Shown here: in pieces, positions 8,463 to 18,906 of the stretch
Numbering within the stretch: position 1 is the first letter of the stretch
How the letters are laid out: the number at the start of each line of letters is the position of its first letter
DNA from: Escherichia phage ph0011
Direction: 5' to 3' (one strand)
Sequence record: OP557969.1
DNA: 64,000 bases
The notes under the pieces: generated by a model
Told to the model about the DNA's origin: nothing
The model's database searches: none
The model's input: only the letters and a program-made list of their open reading frames with translations
Translations under genes and position numbers: made by a program

Positions 8463-10664
8463 ATGGCTGGAAATACAAGTGATTACCTACTACAACAGTT
8501 GGTTAATCAAACTAAAGATAACAATGATAGCTTGAGTGCTATACGTGAGTTATTGGCTGAAAATATAAAAAATGACAGAAAGAAATCCGGTTCTAAAAGT
8601 AGAAAACATAACGAAAGAACTTCATCTGGTTCTGGGAATCGTGGTTCTAAAGCTAATAATGTAGGTGGTGGTAAAGAATTTGGTAAAATATTCAAATCAT
8701 TATCATCTGAAGTATCAAATGTTGGAAAAACAATGATGAGTACATCTGCTAACGTCAGCAACGTTGTCAATTCACTGGGAATGAGTGCATCTTCATTTGC
8801 TGGTTCACTGGCAATGATTCCTGGGCCAGTTGGTGCAGCCGCTACTGCTTTTAAAATGGTCGCTGACGTTGGTATGGCAGTATATAATGTATTAAACGCA
8901 CAACTTGAAGTTTATAATAGAATAAACAGTGCTGGTGTTGCCCTATCTGAAGGTTATGGTTCCATATTAAAAGGTGCAGGTGCATCAATGATGAGTGTTG
9001 ATGCATTTGGTGAAGCATTACAAACACATAGTTCCGTTGTTGCACAATTGGATGGAGCATATGGTGATGGTGTTTCCACCTTTGGTAAATTATTGGGTAC
9101 TGTACAACAGGCACAAAATCAATTGGGTTTATATGGAGTTTCACAAAAAACACTAACTGATTTAACTGCACGTAATATTAAATTCCAAAAGCAATTTGGT
9201 GGAAGAGAAATGTTACGTAGTATGGATCAAGCAAAAAGTACTGAACAGTTTATCATGAGCATGACTAAGTTCAGTAAAAGTATGGGTGAGTCGGTTGATG
9301 CACTATTAAATAAAACACAAAACTTAGATAAATCATTAGATACACGTTCAATGCAAATAGCATTACAGAACTATTCTGGGCTATCAGGTAAAGCAGCAGT
9401 CGAAACGTCAAAAGCATTTAACGAAGCTGCTGCGAGTATGGGTGATGCTGGTGCAGATTTCCTACGTTTAATTTCACATCGTTTAACCATTGGTGGTGTA
9501 CCAGATGATTTATTGACTCCAGTACTTAATCAATTTGCTGACTTAGGTGAGAACTTGGTACGTAGTGGTGTTACTGATTCGCAAGAAATTCGCCGCCAGC
9601 AGATAGAATTTGTTAAAAAGAACAAAGAATTAATAAAGCAAGATTTATTACATCAGATTAATTTAGGAAACACTACTGCTGCAATCTTCAACCAACAACT
9701 ACTCGATATGGAAGCTGCGATAAACGATCCTAAGAGTCAACCAGCAGATAAATTAACACAATTCACTGATAGATTCAACAGATGGATTAGTAAAGAGTTT
9801 ACTGGACCATTTAATAAAATGTATGCAGATACACAAAATTCTATTGCGGATTACCTTACTGATATTGCTGATAGTACTGATGGTGCATGGGAATTCATCG
9901 GAAAGTTAGCACTTGATGGTTTTGGTTTGGTTCCTATTGCGAAAGATGCCGTTGTGTATTTGGATAGGATCGGTGGTGAGTTTGAGCAGTGGTTAGAAGG
10001 GTTAGGTACTGAAATTTTTGGTAGTGGATATAATAAAGTTTCAGAAGCATTCAATAGTTTTATGAATAACTTAATGGATTTACCTGGAAAACTATGGGAT
10101 TCTGTAAAAGGTTGGTTTGGTGGTTCGAAAGATAAACCAAAAGTTGATAATAATTCAGTCACCGATGGAGTAGAAAAAGTTAATAGCTACTTCGAAGATA
10201 AAATGAATTCATTTGGGGATTATATTTCCAATTCATTTGACCATTTTTTGAAATGGAATTCAAGTAGGAACTTTAAACAACCTAAACCACTTGATGGTTC
10301 AGTTGCAGAAAAACTTATTGGTACTGGTATTGATAGTAAACCCACAACAACTACTAGAATCGAAAAATCTGAACACGTTGCTCCGTATGTTACCATTACA
10401 CCAAAAACTTTTGATAAGTCAGCATGGGGACCGAATGAACCGCCAGTTCAAGCTCAACCGGACGATAATGAGGCTATGAAAGCGATGATAAATAATGGTA
10501 GTAGTATGGCAAATATTAATAATAATGCCACAATATCAGAAGATATGAAAGAGTTACTTAAAAAACTTGCTGATGTTAACGAGCAATCACTATCTGCTGT
10601 ACAACAGACAAATAACTATCTAAGAACTATCTCTGAAAACACTCAAGGTGAGAGAAACAGTTAA
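8463..10664 (+). CDS. Putative tail tape-measure / baseplate hub protein (gp29-like)
   Basis: 733 aa, Ala/Ser/Gly/Met-rich with low-complexity segments, typical of tape-measure proteins; call rests on composition and position only. Confidence 0.3.
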   Translation: MAGNTSDYLLQQLVNQTKDNNDSLSAIRELLAENIKNDRKKSGSKSRKHNERTSSGSGNRGSKANNVGGGKEFGKIFKSLSSEVSNVGKTMMSTSANVSNVVNSLGMSASSFAGSLAMIPGPVGAAATAFKMVADVGMAVYNVLNAQLEVYNRINSAGVALSEGYGSILKGAGASMMSVDAFGEALQTHSSVVAQLDGAYGDGVSTFGKLLGTVQQAQNQLGLYGVSQKTLTDLTARNIKFQKQFGGREMLRSMDQAKSTEQFIMSMTKFSKSMGESVDALLNKTQNLDKSLDTRSMQIALQNYSGLSGKAAVETSKAFNEAAASMGDAGADFLRLISHRLTIGGVPDDLLTPVLNQFADLGENLVRSGVTDSQEIRRQQIEFVKKNKELIKQDLLHQINLGNTTAAIFNQQLLDMEAAINDPKSQPADKLTQFTDRFNRWISKEFTGPFNKMYADTQNSIADYLTDIADSTDGAWEFIGKLALDGFGLVPIAKDAVVYLDRIGGEFEQWLEGLGTEIFGSGYNKVSEAFNSFMNNLMDLPGKLWDSVKGWFGGSKDKPKVDNNSVTDGVEKVNSYFEDKMNSFGDYISNSFDHFLKWNSSRNFKQPKPLDGSVAEKLIGTGIDSKPTTTTRIEKSEHVAPYVTITPKTFDKSAWGPNEPPVQAQPDDNEAMKAMINNGSSMANINNNATISEDMKELLKKLADVNEQSLSAVQQTNNYLRTISENTQGERNS

Positions 10665-10675
10665 GGACGAAAATA

Positions 10676-12415
10676 ATGAGTTGGAAACGACATATGACAA
10701 TGGGAAGGTCTAAATTATCGACCATCCCAAATCAGTCCAGTAATAGCAATAAATCAACGGGAACTAAAACAAATTTCGCTTCCTATCTACCAGTTGTATA
10801 TAATGGATTGGCAAATCGCACTGAACGTTATAGTCAGTACGAGCAAATGGACCAAGACCCTGAAATTAGAACTGCATTAAATATCATTGCTGACTTCTGT
10901 ACACAAAGTACTGAAGACTATGGTTTGCCATATAAAATTAAATACAAAGATGATATTGGTGATACAGAAGTAACTACAATTGAAGACCGTTTGGATGCTT
11001 GGACTGAACAAAATGATTTTAAAACACGAATGTATGAAATTGTACGTGGTCTTCTTAAATATGGCGACCAGTTTTTTATTCGTGACCCAGAAACATTTGA
11101 TTGGTATTGGGTGAGTCCAAAAAACGTTGAACAAGTGTTTGTTAACGAAGCTACTGGAAAAACACCAGTAATTTATTACATACGAGATGTGTCATTGAAC
11201 CTGAAAGATAAGGTTTTTAGTAACCTACAAGTAGGATTTGATAAAACAGCTTATCCTGGTGCGATCCCTACAACAATGGGTGGGGGTGGTTCAGTAGCTG
11301 CGGGTGGTGCGTCTGGATTTACCAGCCAAGGAAATACTGCTGACCCATTCAGTACTAATGGACAATTGGACGTTATTCCTGTTGGTGCAGAACACGTAAT
11401 TCATCTAACACTAAATACAGGACAAGATGGGGTATGGCCTTTTGGAACAAGTATACTTGAGGACGTATTTAAAGTCTATAAGCAAAAAGAACTTCTGGAA
11501 GATAGTATTATAATTTATCGTGTACAACGTGCACCGGAACGTCGTGTGTTTAAAATTGATGTTGGTGATATGCAAGCACACCAAGCAATGGCTTATGTGG
11601 AAAGATTTAAAAATGAAATCCACCAGCGTAGAATACCTTCGAACAAAGGTGGAAGCACTTCATTGATGGATGCTGCATATAATCCATTAAGCATTTTAGA
11701 AGATTACTTTTTTCCACAAACTTCCGAAGGTCGTGGTTCTGATGTCCAAACACTACCTGGTGGTGATAACTTGGGACAAATTGATGACTTACGTTATTTT
11801 AATAATAAATTGATTCGTGGTCTTCAAATACCAGCTTCATATCTACCACAAGGTCCAGATGATGGCGGTGTTTCGCTATTTGGTGATGGTGCTACACAAG
11901 CTATGGCAAGTGAATTGCGATTCAATAATCAATGTATGCGTTATCAGCGTTTGGTTGCAAAACACTTTGATGCTGAGTTTAAAAGATTTATGGTTAAAAA
12001 TGGTTATAATATTAGTACTTCATCTTTTGAGGTTATAATGAATCCACCTATTAACTTGGCTTCTTATCGTAAAGCAGAGTTGGATGCTAAATTGATTAAC
12101 ACCTATCTTCCTCTTAATGACTTGCCTTATATGGCTAAACAAACAATTCTTGAAAAAATGGGATTTTCTAAATCTGATATTGTCAAGAATGAACAATTGT
12201 GGTTACAAGAAAATCCACAAGATGGTTCCCAACCTACTGGTGATGAAGAAGAATCCGCAGGTTTGCAGTCTGTTGGTATTGACGCACCAAATGACCCTGG
12301 TATGGATCTTGGTATTGATGGCGATGGTAATTTGGAAAGTGCTGATGCAGAATATCAAGAACAACAAAGTGGAAGTGACGGTTTTGACCCGAATAATTTA
12401 GGCAATTCTTTTTAA
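10676..12415 (+). CDS. 20: Portal vertex protein gp20
   Basis: 579 aa; N-terminal motif YEQMDQDPEIRTALNIIADF resembles the conserved portal signature; immediately upstream of the head-morphogenesis genes. Confidence 0.65.
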   Translation: MSWKRHMTMGRSKLSTIPNQSSNSNKSTGTKTNFASYLPVVYNGLANRTERYSQYEQMDQDPEIRTALNIIADFCTQSTEDYGLPYKIKYKDDIGDTEVTTIEDRLDAWTEQNDFKTRMYEIVRGLLKYGDQFFIRDPETFDWYWVSPKNVEQVFVNEATGKTPVIYYIRDVSLNLKDKVFSNLQVGFDKTAYPGAIPTTMGGGGSVAAGGASGFTSQGNTADPFSTNGQLDVIPVGAEHVIHLTLNTGQDGVWPFGTSILEDVFKVYKQKELLEDSIIIYRVQRAPERRVFKIDVGDMQAHQAMAYVERFKNEIHQRRIPSNKGGSTSLMDAAYNPLSILEDYFFPQTSEGRGSDVQTLPGGDNLGQIDDLRYFNNKLIRGLQIPASYLPQGPDDGGVSLFGDGATQAMASELRFNNQCMRYQRLVAKHFDAEFKRFMVKNGYNISTSSFEVIMNPPINLASYRKAELDAKLINTYLPLNDLPYMAKQTILEKMGFSKSDIVKNEQLWLQENPQDGSQPTGDEEESAGLQSVGIDAPNDPGMDLGIDGDGNLESADAEYQEQQSGSDGFDPNNLGNSF

Positions 12416-12488
12416 ACATAAATAATATTGTATAAAAGTGAGGGTGAAATTAAACCCTCATTTATAATGCATATTTCAAGGAGATTGA

Positions 12489-12716
12489 ATGTTAAAGGAC
12501 ATCTTTGAATCTAGCAGTGATTCAATGTACGACCCTGAAGATGATCAGAACGTATATAAAATTACTGATTCCAGAAAACCGAAACTGACATTACAAGTAC
12601 TAAACAATTTAAGAAAGTATCGTGAATTTAAAGCACATGAAGAACAACGCCGCAAAAATGTGGTTGCAGTTGTTTATGCCGCTGCACCATCTGGTGACGG
12701 TTCTGGACTAATGTAA
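12489..12716 (+). CDS. Small head-module protein (gp67 position)
   Basis: 75 aa ORF between portal and protease; a hairpin and late-promoter-like motif lie upstream. Confidence 0.3.
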   Translation: MLKDIFESSSDSMYDPEDDQNVYKITDSRKPKLTLQVLNNLRKYREFKAHEEQRRKNVVAVVYAAAPSGDGSGLM

Positions 12717-12805
12717 GTTAAAAATCGCACTTTTTGAAGCTTTTAAAAAAGGCGATTTTATTCAGTACTAAATAATATCATACTTTATACGAATATAATA
12801 TATCT

Positions 12806-13654
12806 ATGGAGGATATAATGGCGAATTTAAAACTACTACAAGAAGCAATTGCGGCGTTTGCAAATGGCGAGCAAGATATTGCTGATAAAAAAATGCGTAA
12901 GTATTTTGTTGAACAAGCACAAGAAATTAACAAAAAGCTAGAAGAAAGCATGGAAGACGAAGAAAGCATTGAAGATGAAGACGTCGAAGATGAAGAAAAG
13001 CTTGATGAAGATTTTGACGTACAACCAGATGCAGGTCTTAATGCAGAAATCCAATACACCCTTGGTGAAGAAGATGAAAGTGCAGAAGACGAAGTTGAGA
13101 TTTCTGCTGATGCAGATGCCGATGGTGAAGATGATGTTGATGTTGATGTAAAAGCAGATGCTGAAGTTCCTTCTGAAGATCAATGGGAATCAATTCAAGA
13201 TGCTTTCCGTGGTCTACAGCAAATGTTTGATGAAATTGGTGATGGTGAAGTTGACCTAGACTCCGATGAAGAAGTCGAAGATAGTGAAGAAGAAGTTGGT
13301 GTTGATGGTGATGATGAATTCGCTGATATTGAATTTGGTGATGAAAAAATCGGTGAATCATTCAAACTAGAAAAAGTTGCACCAGTTGATAAGAAAGAAA
13401 AAGCAGGAACTCATACTAAATCACCAGTTGCACCAGAAGCTAAATCACCAGTAGATGGTGTAGAACCAGTTAAATTCGCTAAGAAAACTGATCAAGCACC
13501 ACTAGTTGATCTTGATGATAAATCTGTTCTACCAAAAGATAATCTAGATCTTGGTAAAAACGCTCGTGGTGAAATGAAAGATGTCAAAGAACCAAAAACT
13601 ACTGCATCTAAGTCCAAATCACCACTAAGCAAAGCACAACCTAAACTAAAATAA
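12806..13654 (+). CDS. Highly acidic prohead core / internal protein-like
   Basis: Long Glu/Asp-rich N-terminal half and Lys/Pro-rich C-terminus with repeated KSPV; position between portal and protease. Confidence 0.35.
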   Translation: MEDIMANLKLLQEAIAAFANGEQDIADKKMRKYFVEQAQEINKKLEESMEDEESIEDEDVEDEEKLDEDFDVQPDAGLNAEIQYTLGEEDESAEDEVEISADADADGEDDVDVDVKADAEVPSEDQWESIQDAFRGLQQMFDEIGDGEVDLDSDEEVEDSEEEVGVDGDDEFADIEFGDEKIGESFKLEKVAPVDKKEKAGTHTKSPVAPEAKSPVDGVEPVKFAKKTDQAPLVDLDDKSVLPKDNLDLGKNARGEMKDVKEPKTTASKSKSPLSKAQPKLK

Positions 13655-13674
13655 ATATCTGAAAGGAGATCATT

Positions 13675-14298
13675 ATGAGTAGTATGATTCGTGAATGGTC
13701 TTCATTCAATGATTCTAAAGTTGTTTTGGAACATCGTGATAATGGATTTGGTGGGCGTGATTGCTATCTTCGTGGCATTGCTATTCAAGCTGACCAACGA
13801 AATTTGAACGAGAGAATTTACCCTTTATCTGAAATTACAAGGGCAGTAAATAACATGAACCAGCGTTTAGCTAAAGGTGAAAGCATTCTTGTTGAATGTG
13901 ACCATCCAGAAACATTAACTATTAATCTGGACCGAGTAGCAGCAATGATTACTAAGGTTTGGATGGAAGGTGCTAATGGTATGGCAGAAATCAAATTACT
14001 TGATACTGCACATGGTCAAAATATCCGTAAAATGCTAGAGGCTGGTGTGAAACTTGGTGTAAGTTCTCGCGGTTCCGGTAACGTTGATTATAATGGAATA
14101 GTTTCTGATTTTGAAATTATCACTATTGATATTGTTGCTCAACCTAGTGCTCCAGAAGCATACCCAACAGCGGTATTTGAATCTCTGATGAGTAAGTACG
14201 GATCACCTTGTAAAAGTTCTAAAAAAATCACTGAATCTAAAAAGGTAAATAACTTAGATTCCGAAATATACGATTTTTTCAAGAAATTAAAAGGTTAA
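13675..14298 (+). CDS. Prohead protease gp21-like
   Basis: 207 aa (T4 gp21 is about 212 aa) immediately before the scaffold and major capsid genes; ATAAATATCT late motif upstream. Call rests on synteny. Confidence 0.45.
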   Translation: MSSMIREWSSFNDSKVVLEHRDNGFGGRDCYLRGIAIQADQRNLNERIYPLSEITRAVNNMNQRLAKGESILVECDHPETLTINLDRVAAMITKVWMEGANGMAEIKLLDTAHGQNIRKMLEAGVKLGVSSRGSGNVDYNGIVSDFEIITIDIVAQPSAPEAYPTAVFESLMSKYGSPCKSSKKITESKKVNNLDSEIYDFFKKLKG

Positions 14299-14309
14299 CA
14301 TTTTAAAAA

Positions 14310-14317
14310 TATAAATA
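14310..14317 (+). promoter_or_regulatory. T4-type late promoter motif TATAAATA upstream of the scaffold gene
   Basis: Exact TATAAATA 48 nt upstream of the ATG at 14365, followed by a hairpin (ATCTGTA...TACAGAT). Confidence 0.45.
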
Positions 14318-14364
14318 TCTGTATATTGAAGTACAGATATTTCAGTACTTAAAGGAGAGAACGA

Positions 14365-15480
14365 ATGTCTAAATTAGAAAAGCTTCTAAAAGAATCATCT
14401 CTTTCTGATGAGGCAAAACAGCTAATTCAGGAAGCATGGAATGAAGAAAAGAATACACTAGCCGCAGAGATGCGTGAAGAAATGAAAGGTCGTTACCAGC
14501 AGGATTTGGCTGAACTAACTGAAGGTTTGAACACTATGGTTACTCAAGTCATTGCTGAAGAAATGGGTGCTGTATATGAAGAGAAAAAACGTCTTGTTGA
14601 AGATCGTGTAACTCTACGTAAAACACTAAGCAATTTCTCTGCGTTTTCGAACTCTGTATTGGCAGAAGAAGTTAAACAAATGCGTAAAGAACGTAAGCAT
14701 CTTCATGAATGTATGGGTAAATTTGTTAATTTTTCTAACGGTATCCTAGCAGAAGAGCTAAAAGAATTCCACAATGAAAAACGTCAACTAGTTGAAACAC
14801 GTGTAAAACTACTTGCTGAAGGTTCACGTCAAATTGCTGAAGCTCGTAATAACTTCATCAAACGTACATCTGAAAGTGCTGCTAAATATATTGCAGAGAC
14901 AACTCAGAAGAATCTATATGCGTTGAAACAAGATCTAGTGGAAGCGAAACAAAATATGTTTGGTCGTAAAATCTTTGAAGCATTTGCTCAAGAATTTAAT
15001 GTCAAACAATTCAATGAAAATTCATTGCTACGTTCACTAACTGAAACAATTAAATCTAAAGAAGATGAAATTGATCAAGTTAAGCAAGAACTACATGAAA
15101 CTGTTAATGCGGTCAAAGCTGCTAAAACTAAACTACGTATTATGGAAGATGCACAAGCCCGTAATGCGATTATGTCTGAACTAGTAAAACCACTAACAGC
15201 ACAGCAAAAACAAATTATGGAATCCCTTCTAGCAACTTCACCTACTGAAAAGCTTAAAGAAGATTTCAATAAGTACCATAAGTCAGTACTTAACGGTACT
15301 AAAGTAAATGAATCTGCTACCACTCGTCAAGCAGTTCAGTCTTCCGCTAAGAAAACTCTTGCAGAAGGTAAAGTGATCACTGGCAACCGTCAGGCTATTG
15401 TTGAAAGCGAAGAAATGACCGCTGACGATATGGCATTCCTAAAAGAACTTGATGTTCTTTCTGGTATCAATAAAAAATAA
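14365..15480 (+). CDS. Prohead scaffold protein gp22-like
   Basis: 371 aa, highly charged and helical with heptad-like repeats; directly upstream of the major capsid gene. Confidence 0.5.
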   Translation: MSKLEKLLKESSLSDEAKQLIQEAWNEEKNTLAAEMREEMKGRYQQDLAELTEGLNTMVTQVIAEEMGAVYEEKKRLVEDRVTLRKTLSNFSAFSNSVLAEEVKQMRKERKHLHECMGKFVNFSNGILAEELKEFHNEKRQLVETRVKLLAEGSRQIAEARNNFIKRTSESAAKYIAETTQKNLYALKQDLVEAKQNMFGRKIFEAFAQEFNVKQFNENSLLRSLTETIKSKEDEIDQVKQELHETVNAVKAAKTKLRIMEDAQARNAIMSELVKPLTAQQKQIMESLLATSPTEKLKEDFNKYHKSVLNGTKVNESATTRQAVQSSAKKTLAEGKVITGNRQAIVESEEMTADDMAFLKELDVLSGINKK

Positions 15481-15518
15481 ATATTTTAAAGCATTTTAAT
15501 AATCAAATTTTTCAGTTC

Positions 15519-15526
15519 TATAAATA
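15519..15526 (+). promoter_or_regulatory. T4-type late promoter motif TATAAATA upstream of the major capsid gene
   Basis: Exact TATAAATA 46 nt upstream of the ATG at 15572. Confidence 0.45.
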
Positions 15527-15571
15527 ATAACATACTGAAAAACGAATATAACATCTTTAAGGAGATATATA

Positions 15572-16747
15572 ATGTCACAACTACTAAATGAATCCAAATG
15601 GGTAGCAGTAAAAGAGAAACTAGTTGAAGGTCTACAGGGTACTCGTAAGTCTGTAATGGAAACTGTTCTTGATAACCATCGTAAAGTTATGCTAACTGAA
15701 TCTGCAACTTCTGGTGCAACTACTGCTGGTAACATCGCTACTCTAAACAAAGTGATTCTACCAATTATGCGTCGTGTAATGCCAACTGTTATTGCGAACG
15801 AAATTATCGGTGTTCAACCAATGACTGGTCCAGTTGGTCAGATTCACACCCTACGTGTGCAATATGCTGATAATGCACCTGGTGTTATTGCTGGTGAAGA
15901 AATGCTTTCTCCATACAAAATTGCAAAATCCTACTCTGGTGAACTAAATTCTGATAATAGCAACCCACAAGCTGCTCCTACTAGTCAACTAGAAGGTACT
16001 ATGGGTCGTCGCGTAAATATCCGTATCCTACGTGAAACTGTTGAAGCGAAATCACGTCGTCTATCTGCACGTTGGACTGTTGAATCTGCACAAGATGCAC
16101 AATCTCAACATGGTGTTGATGTTGAAGCTGAACTAATGGCAGCAATTGCACAAGAAGTTACTGTAGAAATCGACCAAGAACTACTAAGCCGTCTACGTGC
16201 ACTACCAGGTGCTGCTGCTGTAACTTATGACCAATCTAAAGTTACCGGTGTTGCAACTTTCGTAGGTGATGAACACGCTGCTCTAGCTACCCTAATCAAC
16301 CGTCAAGCTAACGAAGTTGCTCGTCGTACCAAGCGTGGTGCAGCAAACTGGGCCGTTGTTTCCCCAACTGCTCTAACCATTCTACAGTCTGCAACTACTT
16401 CTAGCTTTGCACGTACCACTGAAGGTACTTTTGAAGCACCAACTAACGTTAAGTTTGTAGGTACTCTAAACAGCACCATGCGTATCTTTGTTGATACCTA
16501 TGCAAGTGATTCTGAAGATATCCTAATTGGTTATAAAGGTAATGCTGAAACTGATGCTGGTGTATTCTATTGCCCATACATCCCACTAATGGCATCCGGT
16601 ACTGTTATGGACCCTAACACTGGTGAATTGGTTACAACTTTCCTAACTCGTTATGGTTACGTACAATTGACCGACAGCACTTCCTCTCTTGGTAACGCTG
16701 CTGACTACTATAGCAAAATCGCTATCAAAAACGTTACTTTCATGTAA
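15572..16747 (+). CDS. 23: Major capsid protein gp23-like
   Basis: Conserved blocks IANEIIGVQPMTGPVGQ, VEAKSRRLSARW and IGYKGNAETDAGVFYCPY match the T4 gp23/gp24 family as recalled from memory. Confidence 0.85.
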   Translation: MSQLLNESKWVAVKEKLVEGLQGTRKSVMETVLDNHRKVMLTESATSGATTAGNIATLNKVILPIMRRVMPTVIANEIIGVQPMTGPVGQIHTLRVQYADNAPGVIAGEEMLSPYKIAKSYSGELNSDNSNPQAAPTSQLEGTMGRRVNIRILRETVEAKSRRLSARWTVESAQDAQSQHGVDVEAELMAAIAQEVTVEIDQELLSRLRALPGAAAVTYDQSKVTGVATFVGDEHAALATLINRQANEVARRTKRGAANWAVVSPTALTILQSATTSSFARTTEGTFEAPTNVKFVGTLNSTMRIFVDTYASDSEDILIGYKGNAETDAGVFYCPYIPLMASGTVMDPNTGELVTTFLTRYGYVQLTDSTSSLGNAADYYSKIAIKNVTFM

Positions 16748-16790
16748 TTATAATCGATTTAAAAAAATAATCAAGAAATTAAAAACAAAA

Positions 16791-16819
16791 AGGGACTCTG
16801 ATGAGTCCCTTTTCTTTTA
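16791..16819 (+). terminator. Rho-independent terminator after the capsid gene
   Basis: AGGGACTC-TGAT-GAGTCCCT followed by a T-tract. Confidence 0.65.
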
Positions 16820-16889
16820 TCTAAATATTGACAAACAGTACTGAAACATGTTATGCTTATGTAAATATAGTAACTATAGAGGAATTTAA

Positions 16890-18488
16890 ATGCTTGGTGA
16901 AATCAAACAGTTTTTGAAGACGAAAAAGTTAAGAGGTGTAAAATCTGCACTTCAAGCAAAACCATTATATGTTGATTACTTAAAAGAAATTTATGGTGAT
17001 ATCGAACTGAATGTTATCATTTACATGGTATTGAATGATATTAAAGAAATTCCAAAAGCAAAATGTGGTAACGATGTAAAGTTTGTTAATTTAATTGAGG
17101 GATTCAGTGACAGATGTAATCTACCGTTTCAGGGAAAAAATAAATGTAAAGTTTGTTCTGTAATGATTTCTGAAAAAAGAAAAAGTACATACAAGAATAA
17201 AACTGGGTATGATAATCCCGGACAGAATCCAGACGTTCGTGACAAGATGTCAAGAACTAATATTAATCGTTACGGAACTACTGTTCCCCAGCAGACCGAT
17301 GTTGTCAAAAAACGTTCAATTGAGACAAATCTTCTTAAGTACGGAGTTGAACATCCCTCAATGTTGGAAGAAAACAAAGAGAAACGCCAAAAAACTGTTT
17401 TTGAAAAGTATGGTGTAGATAATGTACTTAAAACTACACATAAACGCCTTGAAGAACGTTATATGAATTTCAAGAAAAAATATGAATATTCTGGAAAATA
17501 TACATTACTTAGTTCAATTGAAGAGTATGATTCTTCTGTTAATGGTGTTAAAAGTATTCTTTTATGGAAATGTAATACTTGCAACAATACTTTCAATAAA
17601 GTTGCACCGTGTTTAAGATGTCCTAAATGTGAACCATACTCTTCCAGTACTGAAGAAGTTGAATTATATGAATATATTTCATCAATCTATGACGGTGTAA
17701 TTATCCAGAATAGTAGGAATATTATCACAGGTAATGAGATTGATATTTTCATTCCAGAACTGAAACTTGGTATTGAGTTCAATGGTGAGTACTGGCACAG
17801 AGACGAAGTGCGTGGTAATAATTATCATCAGAGCAAATATATTCGTATGAAGGAAAATGGCAACAAACTTATTACTATATATAGTAATGAATGGCGTAAT
17901 AAAACTGACATCGTTAAGCGTAGATTAAAAAGCATTTTAAATACTGATAATAGAGTGTACGCTCGTAAGTGTACTATCGGTTTAGTTCAGAATGATGTAT
18001 GTGATGAGTTTTTGAATACATATCATATACAGGGTAAGTGTAGTTCTTCGATTCGCGTAGGTCTGTATTTGGAAACAGAACTTGTTGCAGTAATGACATT
18101 CGGTAAACCAAGATTTAACAAAGAATATGAATATGAACTACTCCGTTATTGTTCCAAAGATACAGTGGTTGGTGGTGCTTCAAAACTGTTAAAATATTTC
18201 GAAATTACACATGTTCCAAAATCTTTGATATCTTATGCTGATATGAATTGGAGTTCTGGTAATCTATATGAAGCAATTGGATTTCAATTTGTTGAAATGA
18301 CGAAACCTGGATATTTCTATTATGATAAAAAAACAGAAACCACATATTCCAGATACCAATGTCAAAAGCAAAAACTAATATCAAAGTTTGGATTTCCTAA
18401 CACAATGACAGAGAATGAAATGACACGATCACTTGGTTATTACAAAATATATGATTGTGGTAATTTAGTATATAAAAAAGAATACTAA
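16890..18488 (+). CDS. Large free-standing nuclease-like protein, paralog 1 (putative homing endonuclease)
   Basis: N-terminal Cys cluster, repeated (R/K)YGV(E/D) module, central DIFIPELKLGIEFNGEYWH motif resembling Vsr/DUF559 PD-(D/E)xK cores, conserved C-terminal domain; paralog of 51760..53508. Confidence 0.45.
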   Translation: MLGEIKQFLKTKKLRGVKSALQAKPLYVDYLKEIYGDIELNVIIYMVLNDIKEIPKAKCGNDVKFVNLIEGFSDRCNLPFQGKNKCKVCSVMISEKRKSTYKNKTGYDNPGQNPDVRDKMSRTNINRYGTTVPQQTDVVKKRSIETNLLKYGVEHPSMLEENKEKRQKTVFEKYGVDNVLKTTHKRLEERYMNFKKKYEYSGKYTLLSSIEEYDSSVNGVKSILLWKCNTCNNTFNKVAPCLRCPKCEPYSSSTEEVELYEYISSIYDGVIIQNSRNIITGNEIDIFIPELKLGIEFNGEYWHRDEVRGNNYHQSKYIRMKENGNKLITIYSNEWRNKTDIVKRRLKSILNTDNRVYARKCTIGLVQNDVCDEFLNTYHIQGKCSSSIRVGLYLETELVAVMTFGKPRFNKEYEYELLRYCSKDTVVGGASKLLKYFEITHVPKSLISYADMNWSSGNLYEAIGFQFVEMTKPGYFYYDKKTETTYSRYQCQKQKLISKFGFPNTMTENEMTRSLGYYKIYDCGNLVYKKEY

Positions 18489-18516
18489 AATACATTATTG
18501 AAACAAGGAGGTTTCG

Positions 18517-18867
18517 GTGTTAACTGTATATATTTTTAAGAAAGAAGAGTACTTAAAGAGTCAGTACTCTAAAATTGAGATTAACGTTCCCTATGGAACA
18601 TTGGTTGGTTATGACGAATCTAGCGAAACCTTGTTTTATAATGATGATAAACTTGACTATAGCATTGATTCATTTATTGAAGATATACTTGATAGTAATA
18701 CAGAAGATATGTTGTATGAAGAATACTTAGATGCGTACAGAGAACGTATGTCAAAGTTACATGCTGATGCTCCAGTACTAAACATTACGCAAAAACCTTC
18801 TGAATTTGAACCACATAATCCGTTTCAACGTTTAATTGATATTGGTTTAAAATTCACTATTAATTGA
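18517..18867 (+). CDS. Hypothetical protein (116 aa)
   Basis: GTG start preceded by a strong AAGGAGG ribosome-binding site. Confidence 0.35.
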   Translation: MLTVYIFKKEEYLKSQYSKIEINVPYGTLVGYDESSETLFYNDDKLDYSIDSFIEDILDSNTEDMLYEEYLDAYRERMSKLHADAPVLNITQKPSEFEPHNPFQRLIDIGLKFTIN

Positions 18868-18906
18868 TAGATAAATATCTCCATATTAATGATGGAGATT
18901 GAATCT

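Noticed and set aside
13038-13361. His/Gln/Leu-rich 107-aa minus-strand ORF
   Set aside because: It lies entirely antisense within the acidic head-protein gene and its odd composition mirrors the GAA/GAT-rich sense strand; a shadow ORF.
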